From Promethearchaeota archaeon (GTDB taxonomy: Archaea > Asgardarchaeota > Lokiarchaeia > Sigyniarchaeales > SOKP01), in the NCBI GenBank assembly GCA_030599585.1, contig JAUVNS010000005.1, positions 128,001 to 192,000 of the forward strand: a stretch of DNA of 64,000 nucleotides, given 5' to 3'. Below, in pieces: positions 28,307 through 38,803 of this stretch. The number at the start of each line of letters is the position of its first letter. Position 1 is the first letter of the stretch. A program made the translations under genes and the position numbers. The notes beneath the pieces were generated by a model that saw only the letters and a list, made by a program, of their open reading frames with translations, was not told the DNA's origin and did no database searches.

Positions 28307-29566
28307 TTAAATGTAATCCACTTCAAATGGAGTTTTTGGGAGTACCTCTGCTCCTTTTTTAGTAATCAATGTTGGAGATTCTAACCTTAGTCCACCAAGT
28401 CCAGGACGATTGAATACAACAGCAGCAATTTCGACCATATATTCTTCAAAGACCATAGGACCCCATTCTTTGCCAGGTACTACTACTGGCCACGATTCAT
28501 TCCCTATAAGACCAATTCCGTGGCCTAATCCAAAGAAAAGATCATTAGCATAACCTTCTTTATCAGCTACTTTTCTAACCGCTTGGTAACATTCCTCAAA
28601 GGTATTTCCAGGGTACATGTTATCAATAAGAGCGTAACATAGTTGCTCGTATACATCATTAAATTTTTTTAGCTTAGATGGGCACTTTCCTAGCACGTAA
28701 TTATGGCTTAAATCTCCGAGATAACATCCATATTCGCTGTGTAAATCTACAAGCAAGGATTCTCCCTCCTCTACTTTTTTGTTCGTCGCAGGCGTGCATC
28801 CATTAAAAGTCCAACTCGCTCGATAACCAGAACCTATTTCTTGACTACCGGTAAATGTCCATTCATAATTACTACCAGCTTTTCTCATCGCAAGGGTCCC
28901 TATACCTGCGATTTCGTTCTCAGTAAAAACTTTTCCTCTAGGTCGTTCACTTAATGCTTTTTTCACAGCTATCTGGCCAATATCCGTAATTTCGCTTGCC
29001 TTCCTTAACATCGCTATTTCTTCGGGCTCTTTAATAAATTGAATCCTCTCAGTCTTCTCGTTAAAATCGACTAATTCACATCCAGGAAAAATCTGCTTAA
29101 GTAATTGTGCTTCCGTATAAGAGAGCATTTGCCCAGTAATACAAATATCCAAGCCCAGTTCTACTCCAATTCGAGGAGGAGATCCTTTCGGATTGTATAA
29201 TCCCGTCTTTTTTGCGATTGATTGAATTTTTTTTTCCCAGAAAAATCCTTTCATAGGACCCCACCCACTCACGTTTTTTAGGTGACCCTCCGCCTTAACC
29301 CGTTCAACATCTAAAAGGACCGTAAATAGTGAGGGATCACCAGCTCCCTCTTTTGGTAAAAAAATTGCACTTTTCCAAGGAACAAAACATCCTGTTAAAT
29401 AGGTAATTGATTTAACTCGAGTAAGAACACAAAAATCTAGGTTGAGTTCTTCCATTGCTGTTTGATATTTTTTAATATGTCCTTCCCAATTTATCTCAAT
29501 TTCACTCATTTTCATTTCACTATGTTTTTTTACATTTTTTGCTTGATGGTTATAATTTAATTTCAT
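28307..29566 (-). CDS. M24 family (Xaa-Pro peptidase/creatinase-like) hydrolase; true start probably later (MKMSE...)
   Basis: IKEPEEI..LR.A, VDL.....Y.GD, GHGIGL, GG.RLE. Confidence 0.85.
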   Translation of the reverse strand: MKLNYNHQAKNVKKHSEMKMSEIEINWEGHIKKYQTAMEELNLDFCVLTRVKSITYLTGCFVPWKSAIFLPKEGAGDPSLFTVLLDVERVKAEGHLKNVSGWGPMKGFFWEKKIQSIAKKTGLYNPKGSPPRIGVELGLDICITGQMLSYTEAQLLKQIFPGCELVDFNEKTERIQFIKEPEEIAMLRKASEITDIGQIAVKKALSERPRGKVFTENEIAGIGTLAMRKAGSNYEWTFTGSQEIGSGYRASWTFNGCTPATNKKVEEGESLLVDLHSEYGCYLGDLSHNYVLGKCPSKLKKFNDVYEQLCYALIDNMYPGNTFEECYQAVRKVADKEGYANDLFFGLGHGIGLIGNESWPVVVPGKEWGPMVFEEYMVEIAAVVFNRPGLGGLRLESPTLITKKGAEVLPKTPFEVDYI

Positions 29567-29715
29567 TATTTTATAATTGTTATTATTTAGTTAAAATACT
29601 GATATAAGTATAAAAAAAGAATTGCTTGTAGCTTTTAATAAAATAAAGGCGTAATTGAAAAATAGAAATTATTATGATTAATTCATTGATATTGCTAGCA
29701 TTTCTTTATACTCTC

Positions 29716-31995
29716 TTATTGATACAAGTTAGAATCGCCATTTTTTACTTTTTGGTCTTGAACGAGCTGTTTTGCTAAATTTTCGTACTTAACAATAGTT
29801 TCTTTTTGTAGTGTTGAGCCAACTTTGGAAAGAGCATACTCAAAATGTTTAAATTCAACAAAATCAAAATCTTCTAGTTTTTCTCGTATTGCTTGCATAC
29901 CTGCTTCTCTACACAAATTTTCTAGATCTGCTCCACTATATTTTTCTGTCATTAATGCTATGTTTTTCAGAGAAATACCTTCTTTAAGTGGCATATTTTT
30001 CGTATGAACTTCTAAAATCTTAATTCTTCCTTCATAATCTGGAGCAACTACATATAATAGTTTATCGATTCTTCCAGGCCGTAGTAGGGCTGGGTCAACC
30101 AAATCAGGCCGATTAGTACTAGCTACAACGACGATCCCGCTATTACTCTCGATCCCATCCATTTCCGTTAATAATTGGGTTAATACATTGTCGTGAACTG
30201 CTGATCCTTTCCATCCTCCTCGATTAGCAGAAAGGGCTTCAATTTCATCAAAATAAATAATAGAAGGGGCTAATTCTCTGGCTTTTGCGAATATACTCCT
30301 GATATTTTTTTCAGATTCACCAATCCATTTTGATATTAGTTCTGGACCTTTAATTGTTATAAAATTCGACTGTGTTTCGCTCGCTACAGCTTCTGCTAAG
30401 AGCGTTTTTCCGCAACCAGGAGGGCCAAAAAGTAGAATTCCCGCAACAGGGCGAATTCCCGCTTTCTTGAACAGGTTTGGATGCATTAATGGCCATTCAA
30501 TGGCTTCTTTTAACTCTTGTTTTATTTCATCCAATCCACCAACGTCATCCCATGAAATTTCGGGAATTTCTCTAAGATACTCTCTTAAAGCAGATGGTTT
30601 TATTTCTTTGGATGCTTTTAGAAAATTTTTATCTTTTACAAATAATTTCTGAATGATCTCAATTGGGATAGGTTCGTCAATATTAATTTCAGGTAACATA
30701 TCTCTAATAGCATCCATAGCAGCTTCTCGAACGAAAGCCATGATATCTGCTCCAACAAAACCGTGGGTGATCCCAGAATAGTAATCTATATCTACATCAT
30801 TTGCAACTGGCATTCCTCGAGTGTGAATTTTAAAAATTTCATTCCTTGCGCTTTTATTTGGAACTCTAAATCTTATTTCGGTATCAAATCTTCCTGGTCT
30901 TCTTAGAGCTTGATCAATAGCGTCTACTCGGTTTGTAGCTCCAATCACGATCACTCCCTCTCTTCCTTTCATTCCGTCAAGAAGTGTAAGTAATTGAGAC
31001 ACTACTCGTCTTTCAACTTCGCCTGTAACATCACTTCTTTTAGGGGCTATTGAGTCAAGTTCATCAATAAAAATTATTGTAGGTGCGTGCTTTTCAGCTT
31101 CGTTAAAAACATTTTTCAAATTTCTCTCGCTATCCCCATAAAATTTACTCATTATCTCAGGACCATTAATAGTAATGAAGTGAGCATTTGCTTCTTGAGA
31201 AACCGCCTTTGCCATCAATGTTTTTCCTGTACCGGGTGGTCCATAAAACAAAACTCCTGTTGGGGGTTCAATATTCAATCTTCGGAATAATTCGGGATGT
31301 CTAATGGGTAATTCAATTACCTCTCTAATCCTTTGAATTTCATCAGTTAAACCTCCAACATCATCGTATGTAATAATTTCTCCGGCAATATTTAGAAGTG
31401 CAACTTTTTTATTTATTTTTATCCTTGTTTCCCGAGTAAGTCTAACTACCTTGTCCATAGGTTTAGTGCTAAGCACTACTAATCTTAAAGGGCCTAAAGT
31501 TGCTCTCCTCTGAGTTCCCCCCATATTGAGCATTCTCATAAATCCATTCATAGGATTGTTTCCTTCATCAGATTTAATATAAGCCCCGGGAACATCTATC
31601 AAATCTCCAACCATCACGGGTTTATCAATCAGTTTTCCCTTTATGGCATCTGCTTGCTTTTTAATGTCGTAAATTCCCTTAGTCGGTGCGAGTTCAATTT
31701 CTCTCGCTGGTTCTACATTAATGTATCGAATAGTAACCAATTCACCAATAGTAGATCCAAGATTTAATCTTTGTATTCCGTCTATTCTTATAATCTCCTT
31801 TCCTTTATCTGCAAAGCTCGCCACAACAATACCCGCAGTTTTCTTCCTCCCAACGATTTCTATAATATCACCAGTAGACAATCTTAATCTTTCCATAATT
31901 GATTGATCTACATAGCATAAACTTCTCCCGCTACGGCTTGACTCTAACCTTTCAATTCTCAGTTTTGCTGATTTAGGCATTCCTTCGTTATTCAT
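29716..31995 (-). CDS. cdc48: CDC48/VCP AAA+ ATPase
   Basis: N-domain plus two AAA modules ([31 protein letters not shown]); C-terminal LYQ. Confidence 0.96.
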   Translation of the reverse strand: MNNEGMPKSAKLRIERLESSRSGRSLCYVDQSIMERLRLSTGDIIEIVGRKKTAGIVVASFADKGKEIIRIDGIQRLNLGSTIGELVTIRYINVEPAREIELAPTKGIYDIKKQADAIKGKLIDKPVMVGDLIDVPGAYIKSDEGNNPMNGFMRMLNMGGTQRRATLGPLRLVVLSTKPMDKVVRLTRETRIKINKKVALLNIAGEIITYDDVGGLTDEIQRIREVIELPIRHPELFRRLNIEPPTGVLFYGPPGTGKTLMAKAVSQEANAHFITINGPEIMSKFYGDSERNLKNVFNEAEKHAPTIIFIDELDSIAPKRSDVTGEVERRVVSQLLTLLDGMKGREGVIVIGATNRVDAIDQALRRPGRFDTEIRFRVPNKSARNEIFKIHTRGMPVANDVDIDYYSGITHGFVGADIMAFVREAAMDAIRDMLPEINIDEPIPIEIIQKLFVKDKNFLKASKEIKPSALREYLREIPEISWDDVGGLDEIKQELKEAIEWPLMHPNLFKKAGIRPVAGILLFGPPGCGKTLLAEAVASETQSNFITIKGPELISKWIGESEKNIRSIFAKARELAPSIIYFDEIEALSANRGGWKGSAVHDNVLTQLLTEMDGIESNSGIVVVASTNRPDLVDPALLRPGRIDKLLYVVAPDYEGRIKILEVHTKNMPLKEGISLKNIALMTEKYSGADLENLCREAGMQAIREKLEDFDFVEFKHFEYALSKVGSTLQKETIVKYENLAKQLVQDQKVKNGDSNLYQ

Positions 31996-32243
31996 TTTAT
32001 TAGAAATTTCTTTTTTATTTTGCTATTTTAAGATAAATAATGGTACTTTATTTTCTTTTGTATTATTTAATATAACGAGTCATGTTAGCTCGACAAATCA
32101 AAATTTAAAGTTATAATATCTTATTTGATGAATTTAAGCAATTCATGAGTTCGTACACTTACATTCACGACTTTATCTAATAAAACTAAACCAATTTTTA
32201 GATTTGTTTCGATTCATCAAAACCAGAACAATACGCTCTAGTG

Positions 32244-33050
32244 TTAAATTAGGTTAATATTTAGATTTTGTGCTAAATATCTTTTAAAATCCTCGAGTAT
32301 TGCTTTAGTATCAGTTAATTCTCTCTTTCTTTTTTTTATAAAGGATTTCCTGTATTTTAATATATCATCTTTGTGAGAGAGATTTTGAGGAACATCTAAA
32401 AGTCTTCCCACATATTTTCGGGTGATAAGGTCTAAAGCTGTTAAATTTGAGGAATGGAGTGTTTTTCTAACCGTTGTTGTTATTGTTGTTTTTTTAAGAT
32501 CTTCTGCAATTTTAATAATTAGATCCTCTATAAATTTGACTGGATCAGAAGATTGAGTTGAAGTATAAGTTCTGAATGGGTGATCCCATTTATATTTTTT
32601 AAAATTATCAAATTTATTGTGAATTTTTTGAATTACATTATTAGGGATAGGTTTACCCCTTTTTTCATTGCGCTTCAAACATAGTTCAAGCGGTGTAGAT
32701 ATATGAATTATATAAAAATTTATTCTTAAGTCATCAGCAATAGATTTTAAATCATGTCTCATGCTTGAATAGTAGTTTAAATCGTCATTAATAACTATTA
32801 TTCTCTTTTTGAGATATTTCCTCACTTTTTTAAGCGTTTCTTCTCTTATGCGAGGTTCATTTTGAAAATCAAAAATTTTTGGAGATAAAGTATCCCTTAA
32901 TAAGTCTGGATCGATAATTTTAATTTCTGCTTGAAAGTAGAGATTTAATTTTTTTTTTAAAATGTCAGCGAAAGTGGTTTTTCCCGATGCGGGTAACCCC
33001 ACTAATATAATAAGAAAAATTTTATTATTATTCAATTTGCTCCTCTTCAT
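32244..33050 (-). CDS. pstK: O-phosphoseryl-tRNA(Sec) kinase
   Basis: GLPASGKT, DDLNYYSSMRHDL, RN..RG..IPN.VI.KI..KFD...KYKWD.PF closely follow archaeal PSTK (MJ1538-type). Confidence 0.85.
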   Translation of the reverse strand: MKRSKLNNNKIFLIILVGLPASGKTTFADILKKKLNLYFQAEIKIIDPDLLRDTLSPKIFDFQNEPRIREETLKKVRKYLKKRIIVINDDLNYYSSMRHDLKSIADDLRINFYIIHISTPLELCLKRNEKRGKPIPNNVIQKIHNKFDNFKKYKWDHPFRTYTSTQSSDPVKFIEDLIIKIAEDLKKTTITTTVRKTLHSSNLTALDLITRKYVGRLLDVPQNLSHKDDILKYRKSFIKKRKRELTDTKAILEDFKRYLAQNLNINLI

Positions 33051-33324
33051 TGAAAGTTCTTACAAGCTGAATCTTCTCTTTCCTTGAATAGGTCTTAATT
33101 TCTAGCTCTCTTTTCATAGCCATTCCTCTTTCTCCAAAAGTTTCAAAATACTTAAGTTTTATACTCTTTTTACCTCGACAAAATTTAGCGCCGGTCCCCT
33201 TTTTGTGTTCTTCTAATCTTCTCTGTAAATTATTGGTATATCCCGTGTAGAATCTCTTTTTATTATTCTTCGCAATCGTTTCTAAAATATACACGAAATA
33301 AATTCCTTTCATTAATAGAGACAC
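33028..33324 (-). CDS. GIY-YIG nuclease family protein (UPF0213-like)
   Basis: FVYIL...FYTGYTNNL.RRL.EH..G.GAKF...AMKRE..IK. Confidence 0.9.
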   Translation of the reverse strand: MSLLMKGIYFVYILETIAKNNKKRFYTGYTNNLQRRLEEHKKGTGAKFCRGKKSIKLKYFETFGERGMAMKRELEIKTYSRKEKIQLVRTFNEEEQIE

Positions 33325-33540
33325 CTATATTATTTATAAGATAATTTTTCAACTATTTATTTTTTTTGGCAAAACTATCGCATTATATCCTTATTAAAAG
33401 AAAATCTAAAGATTCGTAATACATATTTTGTGATTAACAAATTAATCTACTAAAAATTAAATTTATTAATAAGAACTTTTATATTTTTTAAAGGAAGTGT
33501 TAGGTTTTTCTGGTGAGTTACTTTTCCTCTAGGTATTTGT

Positions 33541-34158
33541 TTGATTAAATGGGATGAGGTTCTTGGTGGAAACATTTACATGAAGTTTCCGGAAGGATTA
33601 GAGGTTCTGGATAATGCAGTGCAACAAATCCAGATTTCACATAATTTTATCGAATCATACATCACTATTGAAGAAAAAAATTGGAACTCAATTTCTTATT
33701 ATAACGAAAATAGAGAAATAATAATCGTATTAGTATTAGACAAATACGATGATGGATCGGATTACACTGTAATACTAGATGAATTTAAGAAAGAGCTCGA
33801 GTTAGAATTAAGCGAAGCTGAGCTTAAAAAGCACTTGGAAAGAATCTATAAATTATCTTTAAAGGTATTTAGGACTAGGGACGAAGTAATTGGGAAGTTA
33901 AGCAATCAGGTCGCCCAATTAAAAACGATGGAATATGACTTGAAAAGACGATTTGAGAAAATTGTTAACGCTGACCACCTTAAAGTAAAAAGTAAAATCC
34001 AATTCTTATTAGCTGTAAATAATGAGATGAATTATAAAGAATTACATAAATTAATTAACACTAGCAAAAATTGGCTCGATAAGGTCTTAGAAACTCTCAC
34101 ACAGAACAAGATTATTGGATATAGTGTTACAAAAGATACATATTATCTTATTATATGA
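33541..34158 (+). CDS. Asgard-type protein: longin/uDENN-like N-terminus, coiled coil and C-terminal winged helix; true start may be a few codons upstream
   Basis: (PLGICL)IKWDEVLG...FP start, heptad segment, MNYKEL...WLDKVLETL....IIGY....Y wHTH. Confidence 0.6.
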   Translation: MIKWDEVLGGNIYMKFPEGLEVLDNAVQQIQISHNFIESYITIEEKNWNSISYYNENREIIIVLVLDKYDDGSDYTVILDEFKKELELELSEAELKKHLERIYKLSLKVFRTRDEVIGKLSNQVAQLKTMEYDLKRRFEKIVNADHLKVKSKIQFLLAVNNEMNYKELHKLINTSKNWLDKVLETLTQNKIIGYSVTKDTYYLII

Positions 34159-34256
34159 ACATCCTAAATAGCTGCTCTATAAAGAATTACATTATTAAAA
34201 TGGTTATTATTTTTATTATTATTAATTTATAATTTTAATTTTTAATAGTAGCGAAA

Positions 34257-35396
34257 TTGATAATGAACCTTTCAGAAGAAGAGCAGCAAGAAGTTCTAAA
34301 AGTAATGAAATCTCAGATGCTAACACTCTTACATGGTGAGTTTGTCAGTAAATTCGAAAAGGAATTTGCACAATATATCGGTGTAAAGCATGCTATTGCA
34401 GTCAATACCGGTACAGCAGCACTTCACATAGCTATTGCGGCGTTAAATATTGGTCCGGGAGACGAGGTTATTGTCCCTCCTTTTACATTTATCGCGAGTG
34501 CAAGTTCAATACTACACAATAATGCGATACCTATTTTTGCAGATATTGACGATAAATCTTATACATTAGATCCCAACTCTGTAAGGGATAAAATTACTGA
34601 GAAAACGAAAGCAATTATCCCAGTACATTTAGCAGGAATTAGTGCTGATATGAGCGAACTTATGGATATTGGAAGCGATAATGGAATAAGCATAATAGAG
34701 GATGCTGCACAATCTATTGGAACGCGATGTTATAAAAAAAAAGTGGGTTCTATAGGGCATCTTGGTTGTTTCAGCTTTTATCCCTCTAAAAATATGACTA
34801 CGGGAGAAGGAGGGATGATTACTACCAATGATGACGAATTAGCTGAGCAATGCCGATTACTCAGACACCATGGTGAACCAGAATGGTATGTTTATAATAG
34901 GTTAGGATATAACTATAGAATGACTGAAATTCAAGGCGCAATTGGAAGAGTCCAATTAAAAAAAATAGATTCTTTTATCAGTATGAGGAATAAAAATGCC
35001 AAATATCTTTCAGAAGCAACTTCCAATTTGAACGGCATTAGCCCTCCTTTCATTCCTGAATATTGCGAACCCGCGTTTAATTATTGGATTGGAAGGCTAG
35101 ATCCTGGTGTTTTAGGAATTACTAAATCTCAATTCTTAAACAGATTTCCAAGGAGTAAGGTTCTCTATCCGAAACCTCTTTATAAAACAAAATTGTTCCA
35201 AGAAAAAATTGCATACTCTCATGGATGTCCCTGGTCATGCCCTTTCTATAATAAAGAAATAAATTATAAAGAAGTTTATTTACCAATAGTAGAGAAAGTA
35301 ACGCAGGAAATATTCGCTCTAGATATCCATCCTAAAATATCTAAGGAATCCCTTGATGAAAACATAGAAATTATGACAAAAATTTCAGAAAATTAA
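34257..35396 (+). CDS. DegT/DnrJ/EryC1/StrS aminotransferase
   Basis: NTGTAALH, IEDAAQ, SFYPSKNMTTGEGG, GYNYRM. Confidence 0.93.
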   Translation: MIMNLSEEEQQEVLKVMKSQMLTLLHGEFVSKFEKEFAQYIGVKHAIAVNTGTAALHIAIAALNIGPGDEVIVPPFTFIASASSILHNNAIPIFADIDDKSYTLDPNSVRDKITEKTKAIIPVHLAGISADMSELMDIGSDNGISIIEDAAQSIGTRCYKKKVGSIGHLGCFSFYPSKNMTTGEGGMITTNDDELAEQCRLLRHHGEPEWYVYNRLGYNYRMTEIQGAIGRVQLKKIDSFISMRNKNAKYLSEATSNLNGISPPFIPEYCEPAFNYWIGRLDPGVLGITKSQFLNRFPRSKVLYPKPLYKTKLFQEKIAYSHGCPWSCPFYNKEINYKEVYLPIVEKVTQEIFALDIHPKISKESLDENIEIMTKISEN

Positions 35397-35475
35397 CAAT
35401 AAAATTCTTTTTTTTTATGAAGATATTACCGGGATATTATTACAGATGATAAATAATATTTCGATATTATAGATT

Positions 35476-35829
35476 ATGTCGCTGTCTTTAAAGAGGAATA
35501 AATTTCTCCAATTATTTCATAAAATCAGCAATAGTAAGATTAGACATAGAGGACCTTTAATTTTAAGATTGTACGGTCTGTTAAATGAGGTAGACTTCGA
35601 GAACGAAAATCGATTCATCCTTTGTAATTTTATTGACCAAAATAGTGAGCTTTTCAGCCTAAGTAGAGATATTTACGAGATTAACAATGATGTGACCTTA
35701 AACCAATTGTTTCTATTCGCTTATAGCAAAGCTAGGATCAACAATCTTATCCCAAACCTTTATTCTGAATACATTAATTCCATAAACGCCATATCTCAAA
35801 AAATTGATACTCAATCAAATCTGCCTTAA
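35476..35829 (+). CDS. hypothetical protein
   Basis: 117-aa ATG ORF filling the gap. Confidence 0.6.
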   Translation: MSLSLKRNKFLQLFHKISNSKIRHRGPLILRLYGLLNEVDFENENRFILCNFIDQNSELFSLSRDIYEINNDVTLNQLFLFAYSKARINNLIPNLYSEYINSINAISQKIDTQSNLP

Positions 35830-35955
35830 ATCTTATTTATAGATTTAAAAATACCATTTAAAGATAAATATAGATCCTTAAGTTAAGACAAAATAATTAA
35901 AAATGATAATTATTATTATGAATGTAATACAAGTTAATTGTTAAATTGAACAATC

Positions 35956-36480
35956 ATGAGCATCGAAGCGAATTATATAGTGAAGATTTGTTTACTCGGA
36001 GAAGCTAATGTTGGTAAAACTTCATTAGTCTATAGATTTATCGAAAACAAATTTAGAGGAAATTATAAATCTACCTTAGGTGTAAACCTATTAAAGAAAG
36101 ATATGAAAATTGAAGAATTCGGGGATGTCTCTGCACAAATCTGGGATTTAGGGGGCCAAGAAAGTTTTAAAAGCCTTCGCAAGCTGTATTTAGAAGGTGC
36201 TAATGGTGCTTTAGTTATATATGACAGCACTAAAAGAAGTTCTTTTGAAAAACTTTACGATTGGATTCAAGATTTCAAAGATGCTAGGGGAGACGAACCT
36301 ATGCTTCTAATTGGGAATAAAAGCGATTTATCTGATAATATTCTGATAGAAGACAGTGAAGCTATGGAATTAGCACAAAATTACAATATGGAATTTATAT
36401 CCACTTCAGCAAAAACAGGTGAAAATGTCGAAGAAGCTTTTTTAAGAGTTATAAAGACAATTCTTGATAAGAGTTTATAA
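35956..36480 (+). CDS. Rab-like small GTPase
   Basis: GEANVGKT, YKSTLG, WDLGGQE, NKSD, TSAK. Confidence 0.95.
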   Translation: MSIEANYIVKICLLGEANVGKTSLVYRFIENKFRGNYKSTLGVNLLKKDMKIEEFGDVSAQIWDLGGQESFKSLRKLYLEGANGALVIYDSTKRSSFEKLYDWIQDFKDARGDEPMLLIGNKSDLSDNILIEDSEAMELAQNYNMEFISTSAKTGENVEEAFLRVIKTILDKSL

Positions 36481-36593
36481 TATAAGCCTTTTAGCTTACC
36501 TATCTATAAATTTCGTCACTATTTTTCATAAAAAATGGTTAATTACTATAGTCACTTATAAATGCCTTTATAAATAAAAAATCATTTATAAAG

Positions 36594-36662
36594 AAATACC
36601 CTTTTTAAAAGAATTTAATTTTCTTAATTAGTTAAAATCATATTTATTAACTTTGATATAAG
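36594..36662 (+). promoter_or_regulatory. upstream region of tbp copy 1 (duplicated with 37349-37417)
   Basis: 59/69 identical, without gaps, to the region upstream of copy 2; contains TTTTAAAA/TTTATT TATA-like tracts. Confidence 0.7.
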
Positions 36663-37334
36663 ATGGCAAAGAAAGAGGAAAAAGTTAAGGAAGAAGTCGA
36701 GGAAGAAAAAGACGTAGACGAAGCAAGCGAAGCCGATAAAGAAGCAGGTTTAGATTATAAAATTGAGAACGTAGTAGCAACTGTCGTTGTTGAAATCACA
36801 GAAAAGATCGATTTAAATATAATTGCTCGCAAACACGCAGATGTTGAATATAACCCCGAAAGATTTCCTGGCTTAGTTATGAGAATTCTAAAACCGAAAG
36901 CTACAATCTTAATTTTTTCGACTGGTAAAATGGTGGTTACGGGTTTAAGAAAAGCGAATGAAGCCGGACAAGTAGTAGAGAAAGTGTTAAAAAATATAAG
37001 AAAAGCAGGGATAAAAGTATCCAATCCCGAAATCACGATTCAAAATATTGTGGCAAGTGGAGATTTACACACGAATATCGATTTAAATATGGCAGCAATC
37101 ATTATGGAGTATGCTATGTATGAACCTGAAGTATTTCCCGGTTTGATCTACAGAATGCAAGAGCCTAAAACGGTTTTTTTAATTTTCAGCACTGGTAGGA
37201 TTGTTTGTACCGGAGCAAAGAATAAAGAAATAGTTAGAGAAGCAGTGAAGAAATTAAATAAGGAAGTACGCAAGTTAGGTGTCGCGAAAAAGGACTTAGG
37301 AAATCCCGACTATCAAGATATTACTTTTGTTTAA
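36663..37334 (+). CDS. tbp: TATA-box binding protein, copy 1
   Basis: two TBP repeats: IENVVAT...YNPERFPGL...IFSTGKMV and IQNIVAS...YEPEVFPGLIYR...IFSTGRIVCTGA. Confidence 0.98.
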   Translation: MAKKEEKVKEEVEEEKDVDEASEADKEAGLDYKIENVVATVVVEITEKIDLNIIARKHADVEYNPERFPGLVMRILKPKATILIFSTGKMVVTGLRKANEAGQVVEKVLKNIRKAGIKVSNPEITIQNIVASGDLHTNIDLNMAAIIMEYAMYEPEVFPGLIYRMQEPKTVFLIFSTGRIVCTGAKNKEIVREAVKKLNKEVRKLGVAKKDLGNPDYQDITFV

Positions 37335-37348
37335 TTACATCTATAAAA

Positions 37349-37417
37349 AAATACCATTTTTAAAAGAAATTAATTCTCTTAATTAGTTAAAACAATATTT
37401 ATAACGTTTGATGTAGG
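37349..37417 (+). promoter_or_regulatory. upstream region of tbp copy 2
   Basis: direct repeat of 36594-36662. Confidence 0.7.
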
Positions 37418-38104
37418 ATGACAGAAAAAAAGGAAAAAATAGTCGAAAAAGAAGAAGAAATCAAGGATAAGGAAAAAGAAATCAAAGACGAGGAAGACGA
37501 AATCGAAGACAGAAACGATTTAGATTATAAAATTGAGAATGTAGTTGCGACTGTTGTTGTCGAAATCACCGAAAAAATCGATTTAAATATAATTGCTCGC
37601 AAACACGCTGATGTTGAATATAATCCCGAAAGATTTCCTGGTTTAGTTATGAGAATTCTAAAACCGAAAGCTACGATCTTAATTTTTTCGACTGGAAAGA
37701 TGGTAGTTACAGGGATGCGCAAAGCTTCAGAAGCTGATAGGGTTGTGGAGAAAGTGTTAAAGAATATAAGAAAGGCAGGCATAAAAGTATCCAATCCCGA
37801 AATTACGATTCAGAATATTGTAGCAAGCGGAGATTTACACACGAATATAGATTTAAATATGGCAGCTATCGTTATGGAATACGCTATGTACGAACCTGAA
37901 GTATTTCCCGGTTTGATCTACAGAATGCAAGAGCCTAAAACGGTTTTTTTAATTTTCAGCACTGGTAGGATTGTTTGTACGGGAGCTAAGAAGAAAGAAA
38001 TCGTTAGAGAAGCAGTGAAGAAATTAAATAAGGAAGTACGCAAGTTAGGTGTAGCGAAAAAGGACTTAGGAAATCCCGACTATCAAGATATTACTTTTAT
38101 TTAA
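37418..38104 (+). CDS. tbp: TATA-box binding protein, copy 2
   Basis: 194-aa core differs from copy 1 at 7 positions; different acidic N-terminus. Confidence 0.98.
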   Translation: MTEKKEKIVEKEEEIKDKEKEIKDEEDEIEDRNDLDYKIENVVATVVVEITEKIDLNIIARKHADVEYNPERFPGLVMRILKPKATILIFSTGKMVVTGMRKASEADRVVEKVLKNIRKAGIKVSNPEITIQNIVASGDLHTNIDLNMAAIVMEYAMYEPEVFPGLIYRMQEPKTVFLIFSTGRIVCTGAKKKEIVREAVKKLNKEVRKLGVAKKDLGNPDYQDITFI

Positions 38105-38288
38105 TTATTTTATTTTTTTTAAGGATTCTCGCTTTATTTAAAGTTGCAATTTTTATAATTCTAAAACTATCAATATTTTAATCAAAAAAAAGAATATACT
38201 TACTATTAATACTTAATTGCTAAATCTACCTATTTTTTAATACAACTAAATTTGAATTAGAAACTATTGAAAGTTGAGGTCCTGAAAA

Positions 38289-38780
38289 TTAGTCTTTTTG
38301 AAATACAATCATAAATTCGCAATGATCTTTTCCTGATTGTAAGCTACAATCGACCTCTTGTGCAAAACAATGATTATTTGTCATTTTTTCAACGAGTCCT
38401 GCCAATAAACCTGCTTCGAATGAACAAAAGCTTCCATCTGTTTTTATACCTTTATTAATGAGATCCTTTATGGAAGAATGTCCTTTAAGTTTTAATTGCA
38501 CAATTTCTTCGCTACTTTCTATAATCTCGACATCGCCTAGGTTATATTCAGAGATTTTTTCTTTTAAAGCATTAGGAATATCTTTTACATCATCAATTTG
38601 TTTAACTTTTAAAATAGTTCCTAATTCGTGACCTAAATAGTAGAAAATAGCCTCTAACTGATGACCTAAAGCCAACAAAGCTCCTACTTTCATATCTCCA
38701 ATCTCTTTTCCACCTTTCAAATGTTTCCTCATTTGTACTAAAATTTTTGAAAGCAATTGCCTATCCATTTTTTTATCCAC
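38289..38780 (-). CDS. V4R-domain protein
   Basis: YYLG.ELG, LG.VEI, and CSFEAGLLAG.......AQEVDC...G..HCEF classic V4R C-terminus. Confidence 0.88.
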   Translation of the reverse strand: MDKKMDRQLLSKILVQMRKHLKGGKEIGDMKVGALLALGHQLEAIFYYLGHELGTILKVKQIDDVKDIPNALKEKISEYNLGDVEIIESSEEIVQLKLKGHSSIKDLINKGIKTDGSFCSFEAGLLAGLVEKMTNNHCFAQEVDCSLQSGKDHCEFMIVFQKD

Positions 38781-38803
38781 ACTCTATGTTTATATATTTG
38801 TGA

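Noticed and set aside
33028-33324. GIY-YIG gene as a homing endonuclease or mobile element
   Set aside because: Minimal UPF0213-type domain with no DNA-binding extension, intron context or flanking repeats.
36755-37794. Duplicated antisense ORFs within both tbp copies
   Set aside because: They are duplicated only because the sense genes are near-identical.
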